Notes: a model not told the origin generated them from the letters alone. A DNA stretch of 64,000 nucleotides from an uncultured Candidatus Rokubacteria bacterium (GCA_963762145.1 CAVXJS010000009.1:576001-640000); one strand, 5' to 3'. Positions 35,292 to 45,232 are shown, counted from the stretch's first letter. Numbers and translations are program-made.

Positions 35292-35666
35292 CTACTCGCG
35301 GACCGCGGAGAGCTGGATGTTGATCGCCTGCTCGAGGTAGTCGAGGTTGAACGGCTTGGGGACGTAGTCTGCGGCGCCGAGCTGAAGCAGGTTCGTCGTC
35401 GTCTCGATGTCGTCGTTGACCGTGACCATGATCACCGGCAGCGAGGGCGATCGAGCGGCCAGGCGCTTGAGGGTCTCGAGGCCGTCCATCACCGGCATAT
35501 GCATGTCCAGCAGCACCACGTCGGGCAGGAAGGTGTCCACCGCCGCCAGGGCCAGCTTGCCGTTCTCGACGATGTGGACGTCGTAGCCACGGTGGGTCAG
35601 AAATTGCTCCATTAGCTGGCGCACTTCCGGCTCGTCGTCCACCACGAGGATCCGCTTCCCAGCCAT
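35292..35666 (-). CDS. Single-domain response regulator
   Basis: ILVVDDE, LLDMHMP, MVT, KPF. Confidence 0.9.
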   Translation of the reverse strand: MAGKRILVVDDEPEVRQLMEQFLTHRGYDVHIVENGKLALAAVDTFLPDVVLLDMHMPVMDGLETLKRLAARSPSLPVIMVTVNDDIETTTNLLQLGAADYVPKPFNLDYLEQAINIQLSAVRE

Positions 35667-35705
35667 GATCCGATACTACTCTCCAGCCGGATTTATCTCC
35701 AAGGC

Positions 35706-36593
35706 CTAGCGGATCTGGATGACCTCGTTGGGGACCCCCAGGCGGGCGACCTCACGGCTGGCTGCCTCGGCTTCGGGGCGCGAGGCGAAGTTGCCGTGCC
35801 GGAGAGTCACCTGCCCCGCCTGCGTGGACTCCGTGGCCACCCGCGCGTCGTAGCCGCCGGCCCGCAGCTTCTCGGCGAGCTGCACCGCGGTCCGCAGCGG
35901 CATGGGCGAGCCCACCCGCACCGTCACGCCGGTGCGCCCGACCACGAGTACGGCCGGCGGATGGCCTTCCTCCTGCAAACGCTCGACCGTGGCCTGGCCC
36001 TCCTCAGGGTCCTTCAAGGAGGACACCTGCACCGCGAAGAGCTTGGCCGGCGTCTGGAGCCGGAAGCGCACGGTGGAGAAGCCAGCCTGGTTCAGCTTGA
36101 CCTCCACGCGCTCGGCGTCCTCGGACAGGGGGAACGTGCCGAGCGCGAGCGCGTAACGAACCGGCGGCGGAGTGGTAGAGGCCGCGACCGTCTCGCGGGG
36201 CTCCTCGGCAGGCGCCGGGGCTGGCGCCTTGACGACCGGAGTGGGGACCGGCGCGACCGGCGTGGACGCGACCGGCGGAGGCGCGGGTGTCGGCGGAGGC
36301 GCGGCGGCCGGGGCCGGGGCCTCGGGCACAACCGGAACGATCACGGGCGGCGCCCCGGCCACGGGGGCGCTGCTGGCCGTCGCATCTGTGACCGGCGAGT
36401 GGGGCGCCGCGGACGCGGGGGGCGCGATGACCTCCTCCGCGGGGCGCGAAGCGGCCCAGAGCTGCAGCAGACGGTGGATGCCCCCGGTGGGCCCGGGCGA
36501 CAGGAAATGATCACCCCATCGCAGCAGGCCGACGAGTAGCAGCGCCAGCGCCGCGAGCAGCAGAACCCCCGGCCAGACGTGACGGTATCTCAC
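35706..36593 (-). CDS. Membrane-anchored SPOR-domain protein with Pro/Ala linker
   Basis: N-terminal TM, Pro-rich stalk, SPOR-like repeats (YALALGTF..DAE, FAVQV, GNFASRPEAE); GTG start inferred. Confidence 0.7.
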   Translation of the reverse strand: MRYRHVWPGVLLLAALALLLVGLLRWGDHFLSPGPTGGIHRLLQLWAASRPAEEVIAPPASAAPHSPVTDATASSAPVAGAPPVIVPVVPEAPAPAAAPPPTPAPPPVASTPVAPVPTPVVKAPAPAPAEEPRETVAASTTPPPVRYALALGTFPLSEDAERVEVKLNQAGFSTVRFRLQTPAKLFAVQVSSLKDPEEGQATVERLQEEGHPPAVLVVGRTGVTVRVGSPMPLRTAVQLAEKLRAGGYDARVATESTQAGQVTLRHGNFASRPEAEAASREVARLGVPNEVIQIR

Positions 36594-36682
36594 GGGCTTC
36601 CTTGACAGTCCAAGACGGCAGTCGCTATCATCCGGTCGCCCCGCAGGTTCGCTGCCCCGGGGCCCACTGGTAGAGTACATAC

Positions 36683-37879
36683 ATGAGCCGCCGCCCGATA
36701 CTGATCGCCGTGGTCGCCATCCTCCTGGTTGCCGCGGGGGGTGGCGGGTACCTGCTGCGCGATCGCTTCGGCCGCAGCGTGGCCGCGCCGGTGCCCAGCA
36801 GCCCCCAGGCCGCCAGCGGCCTGGCGCTCGCCGAGTCGCTGCAGCTCGGATTCGTGGACGTGGCCCAGCACGTGCGACCCGCGGTCGTGCACCTGGGAAC
36901 GATCCAGCGGGCGAAGAACCGGCGTGGCCCCAACCTGCCGCAGGGCAACGACGATCCCTTCTTTCGGGACTTCTTCAATCAGTTCTTCGGCTCCGAAGGG
37001 CCCGACTCGCGCTCCGAGTTCCGTCGGCCCGGCCTGGGCTCGGGCGTCATCATCGACAAGCGGGGTCTCGTCCTCACCAACTTTCACGTCGTCAAGGGCG
37101 CCGACGAGATCCTGATCCGCATGTCCGACAAGCGAGAATACCGCGGACAGATCCTCGGCACCGACCCGAAAACGGACCTCGCGGTCGTCAAGTTCCAGCC
37201 GGACCACGAGATCACGGTGGCCAGCATGGGCAACTCGGACGCGCTCCGGGTCGGCGAGTGGGCCATCGCGATCGGCAACCCCTTCGGCCTGGATCAGACC
37301 GTCACGGTCGGGGTCATCAGCGCGACCGGGCGCTCGGACGTGGGCATCGCGACCTACGAGAACTTCATCCAGACCGACGCGTCCATCAATCCCGGCAACT
37401 CCGGCGGTCCCCTCGTCAATCTCAAGGGGCAAGTCATCGGGGTCAACACCGCCATCGTGGCCGCGGGCCAGGGCATCGGCTTCGCCATCCCCATCAACAT
37501 GGTGAAGCGCGTGGTCGACCAGCTCGTGGACAAGGGCAAGGTGGTGCGCGGCTGGCTCGGCGTGGCGCTCCAGCCGCTCTCGCCCGATCTCGCCCAGAGC
37601 CTGGGCCTGGGCGGCACCAACGGCGCGGTGGTGGGCTCCACGATCACCGGCAGCCCGGCGGCGCAGGCCGGCCTCCAGCAGGGCGACGTCATCGTCGCCT
37701 ACGACAGCACGCCGGTGGACGACTACCGGCATGTGCAGCGCCTGGTGGCGGAGACGCGCGTGGGCAAGAGCGTGACGCTGCAGATCGTGCGGAAGAAGCA
37801 GAAGATGGACGTGGCGGTCACCATCGCCGAGGTGCCGGACGAGACCGCCCGGCGTCCCGGCCCTCCTCCCAAGCCCTGA
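36683..37879 (+). CDS. HtrA/DegQ serine protease with one PDZ domain
   Basis: GSGVII, TNFHVV, TDLAV, QTDASINPGNSGGPL, GWLGV. Confidence 0.93.
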   Translation: MSRRPILIAVVAILLVAAGGGGYLLRDRFGRSVAAPVPSSPQAASGLALAESLQLGFVDVAQHVRPAVVHLGTIQRAKNRRGPNLPQGNDDPFFRDFFNQFFGSEGPDSRSEFRRPGLGSGVIIDKRGLVLTNFHVVKGADEILIRMSDKREYRGQILGTDPKTDLAVVKFQPDHEITVASMGNSDALRVGEWAIAIGNPFGLDQTVTVGVISATGRSDVGIATYENFIQTDASINPGNSGGPLVNLKGQVIGVNTAIVAAGQGIGFAIPINMVKRVVDQLVDKGKVVRGWLGVALQPLSPDLAQSLGLGGTNGAVVGSTITGSPAAQAGLQQGDVIVAYDSTPVDDYRHVQRLVAETRVGKSVTLQIVRKKQKMDVAVTIAEVPDETARRPGPPPKP

Positions 37880-37883
37880 CGCG

Positions 37884-38711
37884 CTACGCGACGAAGGGCG
37901 GGATCGGAGGCAGCTCCATCTGCCGCGCCTTCACCTCGGCCACCCCCTCGACCCCTCGGGCCACGTCCATCGCCTCGTCCATGACCGCGGTGCCCTCGAG
38001 GGTCACCACGCCGGCACGCGCCTCGACCGAGATGCGGTACTTGCGCGTCTCCGGATGCGTGGCCAGGGCCACCTGGACCCGTGAGGCGAGCGAACGGTCG
38101 GCCACGAGCTGCGAGCTCGCCGGTGTCGCGGCCAGCTCGGGCTGACCGACCACGCCCGCGAGCAGGCCGACCACCGCAGCGGTCAGCAGCTTCTCGGTGT
38201 TGACGACGAGATCGTAGAGCCCCGGATCGGTGATGCCGACCTCGTAGAGGTAGCGCATGCGTCCGGCCTTCTCGGCGTCGTCGCGGCGCACGAGCTCCGA
38301 GACGGTGCGCGGGTTGGTCTGCTCGCCCATCGGCCCGGCCAGCTTCTTGGCGAGCCGCTTGACCCGCACGTCGAACGGGGCCATCACCCGCACGCGCAGC
38401 ACGTGGGGGATCCCGCGCAGGAGCCACTGCCCGCCGCGCCCCATCAGCACCACGTTGTCCTTCTCCGCGAAGTCGTAGAGCGCGGTCTGGATCACCGTGA
38501 TGTAGCGGCGCGTCTCCGCGTCGAAGCGCTCGAAGAGCGAGGGCTTCGACTCATCGAGATGGGTGAGCTTCTCCTCGAGCAGCCCGTACTTCTGGGCCGC
38601 GTTGGAGACGAGGTCCTGGTCCACGTAGCGGTACCCGAGCCGGTCCGCCAGCTGCTGGCCGATCTCCGGTCCGCCCGCGCCGATCTCGTGAGAGATGGTG
38701 ATGATCGCCAT
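37884..38711 (-). CDS. Cytidylate kinase-like family protein with C-terminal BON domain
   Basis: IITISHEIGAGG, VLMGRGG, YDLVVNT; BON-like ISVEARAGVVTLEG. Confidence 0.8.
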   Translation of the reverse strand: MAIITISHEIGAGGPEIGQQLADRLGYRYVDQDLVSNAAQKYGLLEEKLTHLDESKPSLFERFDAETRRYITVIQTALYDFAEKDNVVLMGRGGQWLLRGIPHVLRVRVMAPFDVRVKRLAKKLAGPMGEQTNPRTVSELVRRDDAEKAGRMRYLYEVGITDPGLYDLVVNTEKLLTAAVVGLLAGVVGQPELAATPASSQLVADRSLASRVQVALATHPETRKYRISVEARAGVVTLEGTAVMDEAMDVARGVEGVAEVKARQMELPPIPPFVA

Positions 38712-38717
38712 GGCGTG

Positions 38718-38915
38718 TCACTCCTTCCGGTACTTCGCCTTCAGCGCGGCGGGGGCGATCGCGATGCGCTTGCCCCCGACGTCGTCGAGCACGTAGACCT
38801 CGTCGGCGAGGCTACCGCTGGCGAAGACCTCGAACACCTCGAGCGCTTCCTCGAGCGAGCTGCCGGCCGGCCGCTCGTCCATCATGCGCTCCACGTCCTC
38901 GCGCTTGAGCCGCAC
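38718..38915 (-). CDS. Small conserved-looking hypothetical protein
   Basis: 65 aa, host-like codon usage, 6 nt before the next gene. Confidence 0.55.
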   Translation of the reverse strand: MRLKREDVERMMDERPAGSSLEEALEVFEVFASGSLADEVYVLDDVGGKRIAIAPAALKAKYRKE

Positions 38916-39051
38916 GATTCAGACCTGCCGGACGGTTCTCGCCATTGAAAGCTGGGCTACTTGAGTACCAGGAAACCCCGATCAAGACAAGGCCCCACCC
39001 GACCGGGCCCCCTGGTCCCCGCGGGCTCCCGATGGCAGGATGGGGGCTGCC

Positions 39052-39705
39052 ATGGCACGCGTCCAGGGGCGGCTCTCGCTGGTGGCGGTATCGACGGCGT
39101 TGGCGGCGGTGGCCTGGCTGGCGGGCTGCTCCCGCGCGGTCATGACTACCCCGCCCGTCCCCCCGGTCACGCAGAAGGAGGAGGTGGGAATGGCCTCCTG
39201 GTACGGTGAGGCCCACCACGGCCGCCGCACGGCCAGCGGCGAGGTGTTCGACATGCACCAGCTCACCGCCGCGCACCGCACGCTGCCCTTCGGCACGCGC
39301 CTCCAGGTCACCAACCGGGACACGAACCAGACCGCCGAGGTGCGGGTGAACGACCGCGGTCCCTTCGTGGAGGGCCGCATCCTCGACGTCTCCTACGCGG
39401 CCGGACGCCTCCTGGGGGCGGTGGGCCCGGGAGTCATCCCGGTCCGCGTGCGCGTGCTCTCGCTTCCCCCGCGCTCGTCCTCCGGAGACGGCGCGTTCAC
39501 GGTGCAGATCGGCTCCTTCACGACGCGCGCGCGCGCCGAAGCGCTCCGGGACGCGGTGGCGGGGGCGACCATCGTCGAGAGCGGAGTGGGAAGCGAGACC
39601 GTCTATCGCGTGCGCGTCGGTGCCTACCCTGATCGCGCGCGGGCGGGCGCGGCCGCCCGCGATCTCGCCACGCGCGGCTACCAGGCCCTCGTCGTCGGGC
39701 CGTAG
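39052..39705 (+). CDS. rlpA: Septal ring lytic transglycosylase RlpA family lipoprotein with SPOR domain
   Basis: LAGC lipobox, GMASWYG, TAAHRTLPFGT, VNDRGPF, C-terminal VQIGSF SPOR. Confidence 0.9.
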   Translation: MARVQGRLSLVAVSTALAAVAWLAGCSRAVMTTPPVPPVTQKEEVGMASWYGEAHHGRRTASGEVFDMHQLTAAHRTLPFGTRLQVTNRDTNQTAEVRVNDRGPFVEGRILDVSYAAGRLLGAVGPGVIPVRVRVLSLPPRSSSGDGAFTVQIGSFTTRARAEALRDAVAGATIVESGVGSETVYRVRVGAYPDRARAGAAARDLATRGYQALVVGP

Positions 39706-39712
39706 GAGCGGG

Positions 39713-40786
39713 TCAGCGCAGCACGGACTTCGAGGGCGGCGAGATGATGCGGTGGACCTCGATGGCCTCGGTGATGTTCTTCAGGCGCTCCTGCCCGACC
39801 CGCTCGAGGCGGTAGCGCCCTCCGAGGCGGCGCACCGTCTCCGGGCCGGCCAGGATCTCGCCGTCGCTCGCCGCCCCCGCGAGCCGCGCGGCCAGCGTGG
39901 TGACCATGCCGCTCGCGGTGAAGGTCCACCGCGTGCCCCGGCGGCCCTCGAAGCGCGTGGACCCGACGAGGGCCGGCCCCGAGTTGATCCCGATGTGGAT
40001 CGCGAGCGGATTGTCGACCTCCTTCTGGTTCAGCGCCTCGGTGAGCGCGAGCAGCATCAGCGCCGCGTTCACGGCCCGCACGCCGTGGGCGGTCGGATCG
40101 CCGTCCTGGAAGATGGCCATGAAGCCGTCGCCCGAGGTCTCGTTGATGTCGCCGCCCGCGTCGGTGATCCGATCCAGGAAGCTGCCGAAGTAGCGCTCGA
40201 CGAGGGCGTTGAGATCCACGGGGGAGACTCGCTCGGCCAGGCGGCTGTAGCCGCTGATGTCCACGAAGAGCACGGTGACGTCGAGCTCTTGCTTGGCCAG
40301 CCCGGGCGCGTCGGGATTGGCCGCGACCAGACGCTTGACCGCGTCGGGCACGAACTTGGCGAAGTGATCGCGGACGCGGGTGATCTCGCTCAGGCGCTGG
40401 TCCACGTCGCGCTTGCGGGCCACGACGGCCTGAACCCGGGCGATCAGCTCGCGCTCGTCCACCGGCTTGGTGAGCACGTCGTCGGCGCCGTGCTCGAGCA
40501 GCTTCACGCGATTCTCCACCCCCTGGAGCGCGGTCATGACGATCACCGGCACGAGCCGCGTGGCCTCGCGCTCCCGCAGCGCCCGGCAGACCGCGAAGCC
40601 GTCCATGATCGGCATCATCACGTCGAGGATGATCAGATCCGGCGGATCGTTGAGGGCCTTCTGGAGGGCTTCCTCTCCGTCGCCGGCGCCCGGCACCTCG
40701 TGGCCGAGCCGACGGAGGACGTACTGGACGTACTGGACGATTTCGGGCTCGTCGTCGACGACGAGCACCTTGAACGGGTGCGCCAT
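39713..40786 (-). CDS. Receiver domain fused to class III nucleotide cyclase
   Basis: VVDDE, ILDVMMP, TKP; LFVDISGYS, DINETSGDGFM, HIGINSG, TTLAARL. Confidence 0.85.
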   Translation of the reverse strand: MAHPFKVLVVDDEPEIVQYVQYVLRRLGHEVPGAGDGEEALQKALNDPPDLIILDVMMPIMDGFAVCRALREREATRLVPVIVMTALQGVENRVKLLEHGADDVLTKPVDERELIARVQAVVARKRDVDQRLSEITRVRDHFAKFVPDAVKRLVAANPDAPGLAKQELDVTVLFVDISGYSRLAERVSPVDLNALVERYFGSFLDRITDAGGDINETSGDGFMAIFQDGDPTAHGVRAVNAALMLLALTEALNQKEVDNPLAIHIGINSGPALVGSTRFEGRRGTRWTFTASGMVTTLAARLAGAASDGEILAGPETVRRLGGRYRLERVGQERLKNITEAIEVHRIISPPSKSVLR

Positions 40787-40883
40787 CGGTCTAGCCGCGA
40801 GTCTAGCAGACAAACCACGGGGCCGGCCCCACCCTGGTCGCGGGTGGGCACCGGCCCCGTGATGAATGCGACGGAGCGCAGCG

Positions 40884-41375
40884 TTACGAGCGGGGTGCGG
40901 CCGGCGGGGGCTGGCGGAACGGAGTGTGGCAGCTTCCGCACGCCTGACGGCCGAAGTCCTTCACGAGATCCTGCGTGAGCTGCTCGTTCTTGGCCCGGGC
41001 CGCGTCGCGGAGCTTCTCGGACTGCACGCCGAGGTTCTTGGCCGCGGCCTCGAACTCGGGGAACTTCTGCCAGATCTCGGGCTTGGCCTTGGACTTGTCG
41101 GTGCCCGACCCCGCCGGGAACAGGGACGGGATCTGCTGCGAGTAGAGGGCGAGCGCCTCCGCGTTGACCGCGACGCCCTCGATGTTGCCGGCCTTGGCCT
41201 TGGCCTGGATATCCCCCCAGTTGGCGCCGACCGACTTCATGAGGCGCTGACGATCTGCGACCACGTCACCGCTCCCCATCTTCGACGCGGACTGGCTGGC
41301 GCATCCGGCCGAGACTGCGATGACCAAGCTGGCGGTGACGATCACGCTGGCGGTGAGTCTCAGTCGTCCGTTCAT
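40884..41375 (-). CDS. Cytochrome c' (class II), probable lipoprotein
   Basis: SAGC signal, RQRLMK, LFPAGS, AKPEIW, C-terminal CGSCH. Confidence 0.88.
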   Translation of the reverse strand: MNGRLRLTASVIVTASLVIAVSAGCASQSASKMGSGDVVADRQRLMKSVGANWGDIQAKAKAGNIEGVAVNAEALALYSQQIPSLFPAGSGTDKSKAKPEIWQKFPEFEAAAKNLGVQSEKLRDAARAKNEQLTQDLVKDFGRQACGSCHTPFRQPPPAAPRS

Positions 41376-41439
41376 CGTGCCTCCTCTGGCGGATCGGGGC
41401 TCGCTTCCGCGGCTTGCCGTCCGGCTGGTGAAGGTTGAG

Positions 41440-42321
41440 CTACTCGATCCTGTTCTTGATGGCCGGGATCGATTTCAGGTACTTCGCGATGGCCTGCCGA
41501 TCGGCCTTGGTCAGGTCCTTGTACCCAGCCGAGGAGCCCTGGATGACCTCCATCATCAGGCCGCCCGACACGTCTCCATCGGGCTTGTTTCCTGTCTCGA
41601 GGTAGTCGGTGATCTGCTCTTCGGTCCAGCTCCCGAGGCCGGTCTCGCGATCCGGCGTGATATTCGGCACCGCGGAGCCCTCCGGCCCCTTGCCCTTCTG
41701 GTTCCCGGCCAGGAAGCGGGTATTGTCCACCGCCATGGTCATGGTCCGGGGCGTGTGGCACTCGCCGCAATGGGAAACCGCGCGCGTCAGGTACTCTCCG
41801 CGCGCCACGCCCGAGGTCGGCGCCGACTTGGGAGGCGTCTCGACCGCCGCGAAGGTGGCCAGCCACGCCGGGAGGAACACGCTCTCGAACATCGGGACCG
41901 AGATCTTCTTGGCCGGCGTCTGGCGGTTGACCGGGGGGACCGAGCGCAGGTAGGCAACCACATCCTGCAGGTCCTGCTCGGTCATGCCGTTGAAGACGGT
42001 ATAGGGATGGACCGGGATGAGCCGCTCGCCGTTCGGTCGGCGCCCCAACCGCGTGGCGGTGATGATCTGCTCATCCGTCCACTTGCCGATCCCGGTGGTG
42101 GGGTCGGGCGTGATGTTCGAGGCGTACACGGTCCCGAACGGCCCGTCGTACTTGCGCCCACCCGCGTTGAGGGGCTGCTTCGGCGCCGTGTGACACCCGC
42201 AGCCCGCCGCGGCGCCGAACACGTACTTGCCCCGGGCGATCTGCTCCCGGGTGGGCTGAGCCGCCGCGTCCGAGGCGACGACCATCAGGAACAGGACCGA
42301 AAGATAGACTATGGGCGTCAT
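41440..42321 (-). CDS. Diheme cytochrome c (dehydrogenase cytochrome subunit-like)
   Basis: Signal peptide; GCGCHT and CGECHTPR heme motifs; ASNITPD..TGIG.W repeated. Confidence 0.87.
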   Translation of the reverse strand: MTPIVYLSVLFLMVVASDAAAQPTREQIARGKYVFGAAAGCGCHTAPKQPLNAGGRKYDGPFGTVYASNITPDPTTGIGKWTDEQIITATRLGRRPNGERLIPVHPYTVFNGMTEQDLQDVVAYLRSVPPVNRQTPAKKISVPMFESVFLPAWLATFAAVETPPKSAPTSGVARGEYLTRAVSHCGECHTPRTMTMAVDNTRFLAGNQKGKGPEGSAVPNITPDRETGLGSWTEEQITDYLETGNKPDGDVSGGLMMEVIQGSSAGYKDLTKADRQAIAKYLKSIPAIKNRIE

Positions 42322-42379
42322 CTCACGTTATGCCTCTGAACCATCGATTGGACTCCCAGGTTCCCGCCCGCCGAAGATA

Positions 42380-43675
42380 TCACGGCAGAGCGGGCAGATT
42401 CCGGGGCTCCCGGACCCGGCCCAGCAGCAGTGCGAGGCCGGCCAGGCTCCCGAGCCCCCCCACCACGAACACCGCCGGGAACCCGAGGGCGTCGGCCGTC
42501 AGACCGGCCAGGAGCGGGGCACCGAAGGCCACCGGGGTCAGGAGGGTGGTCCCGAGCCCCACGTAGGTCGGGCGCGCGGCCGGGCTCGGCGCGAACTCGA
42601 GCAGCACGCTCAGTCCCGATACGTTCACCGCGGCCAGGTGGACCCCGTGCAGGACGAACACGACGAAGAACAGATCGAGCGACGGCACGAGCAGCGCGGC
42701 GACGTTGGCCAGGAGGAGCGCCCCCGCCCCGATCGCGAGCGACACCAGATGCCCGGCGCGATCCGCGAGGGCGCCCAGCGCCAGGTTGCCGGTCATCTGT
42801 CCGGCGAGGAGCGCGGTGGTGAACAGTCCCACCGCCCAGTCCGGCGCCGCGTAGTGGCGAAGCGCGTACACGGTGTAGAACCCGGACGCCATCATCCCGA
42901 CGTAGACGAGCGCCCGGGACAGGAGGAACCAGCGCAGGTTCCGATCCTCTCGCAGCAGCCGGCCGGCGCGCCGCAGGTAGGCGCCGAGCGGGGGCGCGAC
43001 CGCGACCGCGGTCGCCAGCGGCTCGCGCACCCGCGTGAGCGCCACGTAGGACAGGCCCATGCAGAGGGCCGCCATCAGGAAGCACACCGCGTAGCCGTCG
43101 GGGGCCGGCATCCGCGCGAGCACCCACGCGACGAGCACGCTGCCGAGCAGCCCGCCCGCCCCGCCCAGCAGGTTCGAGACCGCGAAGAAGCGCCCGCGGA
43201 GTCCCACCGGAACCGCGCGGGCCACGATGTCCATCCACGCCGGCATGAGGACACCGCCCACGCCGGTGATCAGGAGCAGCATGCCGAGCATGAGCGCGAG
43301 CGAGAGCCCGGGCGCGGGGCGGGCGAGGAAGAACGCGACCGCGGCCAGGCCGAGGAAGGGCAGCCGCTCCCACGTCGTGTAGCGCAGCACGAAGGGCAGC
43401 TTCCGGAGGAGCGATTCGGTGTAGCCGGCCGCGAACAGGGACGGGAGATTCCATCCGAGCGTCATCAGCGCCGGGATCGCGCCGATCACGACGTTCGAGG
43501 CGCCCAGGTGGGCGGCGAAGGCGGGCAGGATCGTGCTCTGCGACGCGAACGACAGCCCGACCAGGAAGAGGCCGAGGTCGACGCTCAGGGCGACGGCGTT
43601 GTGACGGACGTGACGACGCGCGAAGGATTCGCCGTCGTCGGACTCGTGGGGTGGAGCGGCAGGGACTCCGGTCAC
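42380..43675 (-). CDS. MFS transporter
   Basis: 431 aa, ~12 TM, GALADRAG motif. Confidence 0.85.
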   Translation of the reverse strand: MTGVPAAPPHESDDGESFARRHVRHNAVALSVDLGLFLVGLSFASQSTILPAFAAHLGASNVVIGAIPALMTLGWNLPSLFAAGYTESLLRKLPFVLRYTTWERLPFLGLAAVAFFLARPAPGLSLALMLGMLLLITGVGGVLMPAWMDIVARAVPVGLRGRFFAVSNLLGGAGGLLGSVLVAWVLARMPAPDGYAVCFLMAALCMGLSYVALTRVREPLATAVAVAPPLGAYLRRAGRLLREDRNLRWFLLSRALVYVGMMASGFYTVYALRHYAAPDWAVGLFTTALLAGQMTGNLALGALADRAGHLVSLAIGAGALLLANVAALLVPSLDLFFVVFVLHGVHLAAVNVSGLSVLLEFAPSPAARPTYVGLGTTLLTPVAFGAPLLAGLTADALGFPAVFVVGGLGSLAGLALLLGRVREPRNLPALP

Positions 43676-43741
43676 CGCCCGCCGAGGATACCCCGGGGCG
43701 GGCGGGGCGACAAGCCGAGGGCGGCCCCGAAGGGCCGCCGA

Positions 43742-45187
43742 TCAGGACATCATCATGCGCCGGCGATCACCGAGGGAGAGCACGTCGTTGAGCGAGGACA
43801 CGGCGCGCCGCGAGGAGCCCGGCGGCGTGATGCGCGACCCCTCGGCCGCGCTCCCCTGCGCTTCCGCGTGCCGATACGCCTTCAGCTTGTACTGCAGGCA
43901 GCGAAGGCTGATCCCGAGCTGCCGTGCGGCCTGCGTACGATTGCCGCCCACTCCGTCGAGCGTCTGGAGGATGTACTGCTGCTCCAGGTCCCGCAGCGTC
44001 AGCCCCGCCGGCAGCCCCGGCTTGCCGGAGTCGGCGCGCTTGCCGGCCGCTTCCGCGAGCGGGAGCACGTCGACGTCCACGGTGTCGTTCTCGCTCAGGA
44101 CCACCGCCTGCTCGATGCAGTTCTCGAGCTGCCGCACGTTGCCCGGCCACTCCGCCCCCAGCAGCAGCTCCGTCGCCCGCCCCGTCAGCCGCGGCACCCG
44201 CTTGTGATGCGCCGCCGCAAACTTCCGCAGAAAATGCTCCACCAGCAGCCCGATGTCCCCCCGCCGCGCCCGCAGCGGCGGGACCTCGATCATCACCACC
44301 GCGATCCGGTAGTACAGATCCTCCCGAAACTGTCCCTCCCGCACTGCCTTCCGCAGATCCTTGTTCGACGCCGTGATCAGCCGGATGTCCGTCCGCGTCG
44401 GCTTGCTCCCCCCTACCTTCACGAACTCCCGCGTCTGGATCACCCGCAGCAGCTTCGCCTGCAACGGCATCGACAGCTCGCTGATCTCGTCGATGAACAG
44501 CGTCCCCGTGTGCGCCAGCGCGAAGAACCCCGTCCGGTGCTCTACCGCCCCCGTGAAGCTGCCCCGCACGTGCCCGAACAGATGGCTCTCCATCAGCCCC
44601 TCCGGGATCGCCGTGCAGTCCAGCGTCACCAGCGGCCGGTCCGCCCGCGCGCTCTGCTCGTGGATCGCCCGGGCGATCAGCTCCTTGCCCGTCCCCGATT
44701 CCCCCGAGATGCACACGTTCGCATCCCCCACCGCCACCTTCTCGATCTTCGCCAGCACCTCCCCCAGCTGCGGCGACTGCCCGATCAGCCCGTGGGCCGC
44801 CGCGCCACCTCCGGAGCCCATCCTGCGATCGCCGAGGCCCAGACGATTCACCACGCGTCCGAGGGCCGCGGTGAGCTCGGCTTCCTCCGTCGGCCGCTCC
44901 AGCCACTGCACGCCGGGAAGAGAGGGTGGGGCGTCCGTGGTCTCGCGCGGCCCCAGCACGACCACCGGGCTGTCGCCTTCGAGGCTACGCAGCCGCTGAC
45001 CCAGCTCCCACGCCGTCATGGGCGCCTGCAGGTTCACGATCACCAGCGCCGGGCGGCCGTGCGCTCGGCTGGCCATCTCCAGCTCATGTAGGGAACCGAT
45101 GAAGTGCGGCTCCCATCCGTATAGTGTCGCGAGCCCGCGCACCGGCGCCGAGAGCTCCAGGGTCTCGTCAAGAATCAGGACATTCAC
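43742..45187 (-). CDS. Sigma-54 enhancer-binding protein with degenerate receiver domain
   Basis: [26 protein letters not shown], Fis HTH; REC-like N-terminus has VIVNL where the phospho-Asp normally lies. Confidence 0.88.
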   Translation of the reverse strand: MNVLILDETLELSAPVRGLATLYGWEPHFIGSLHELEMASRAHGRPALVIVNLQAPMTAWELGQRLRSLEGDSPVVVLGPRETTDAPPSLPGVQWLERPTEEAELTAALGRVVNRLGLGDRRMGSGGGAAAHGLIGQSPQLGEVLAKIEKVAVGDANVCISGESGTGKELIARAIHEQSARADRPLVTLDCTAIPEGLMESHLFGHVRGSFTGAVEHRTGFFALAHTGTLFIDEISELSMPLQAKLLRVIQTREFVKVGGSKPTRTDIRLITASNKDLRKAVREGQFREDLYYRIAVVMIEVPPLRARRGDIGLLVEHFLRKFAAAHHKRVPRLTGRATELLLGAEWPGNVRQLENCIEQAVVLSENDTVDVDVLPLAEAAGKRADSGKPGLPAGLTLRDLEQQYILQTLDGVGGNRTQAARQLGISLRCLQYKLKAYRHAEAQGSAAEGSRITPPGSSRRAVSSLNDVLSLGDRRRMMMS

Positions 45188-45232
45188 AGTTTTGCGCTCC
45201 TCGAAGGATTTGCGCTACGCAGACGGTTCCAC

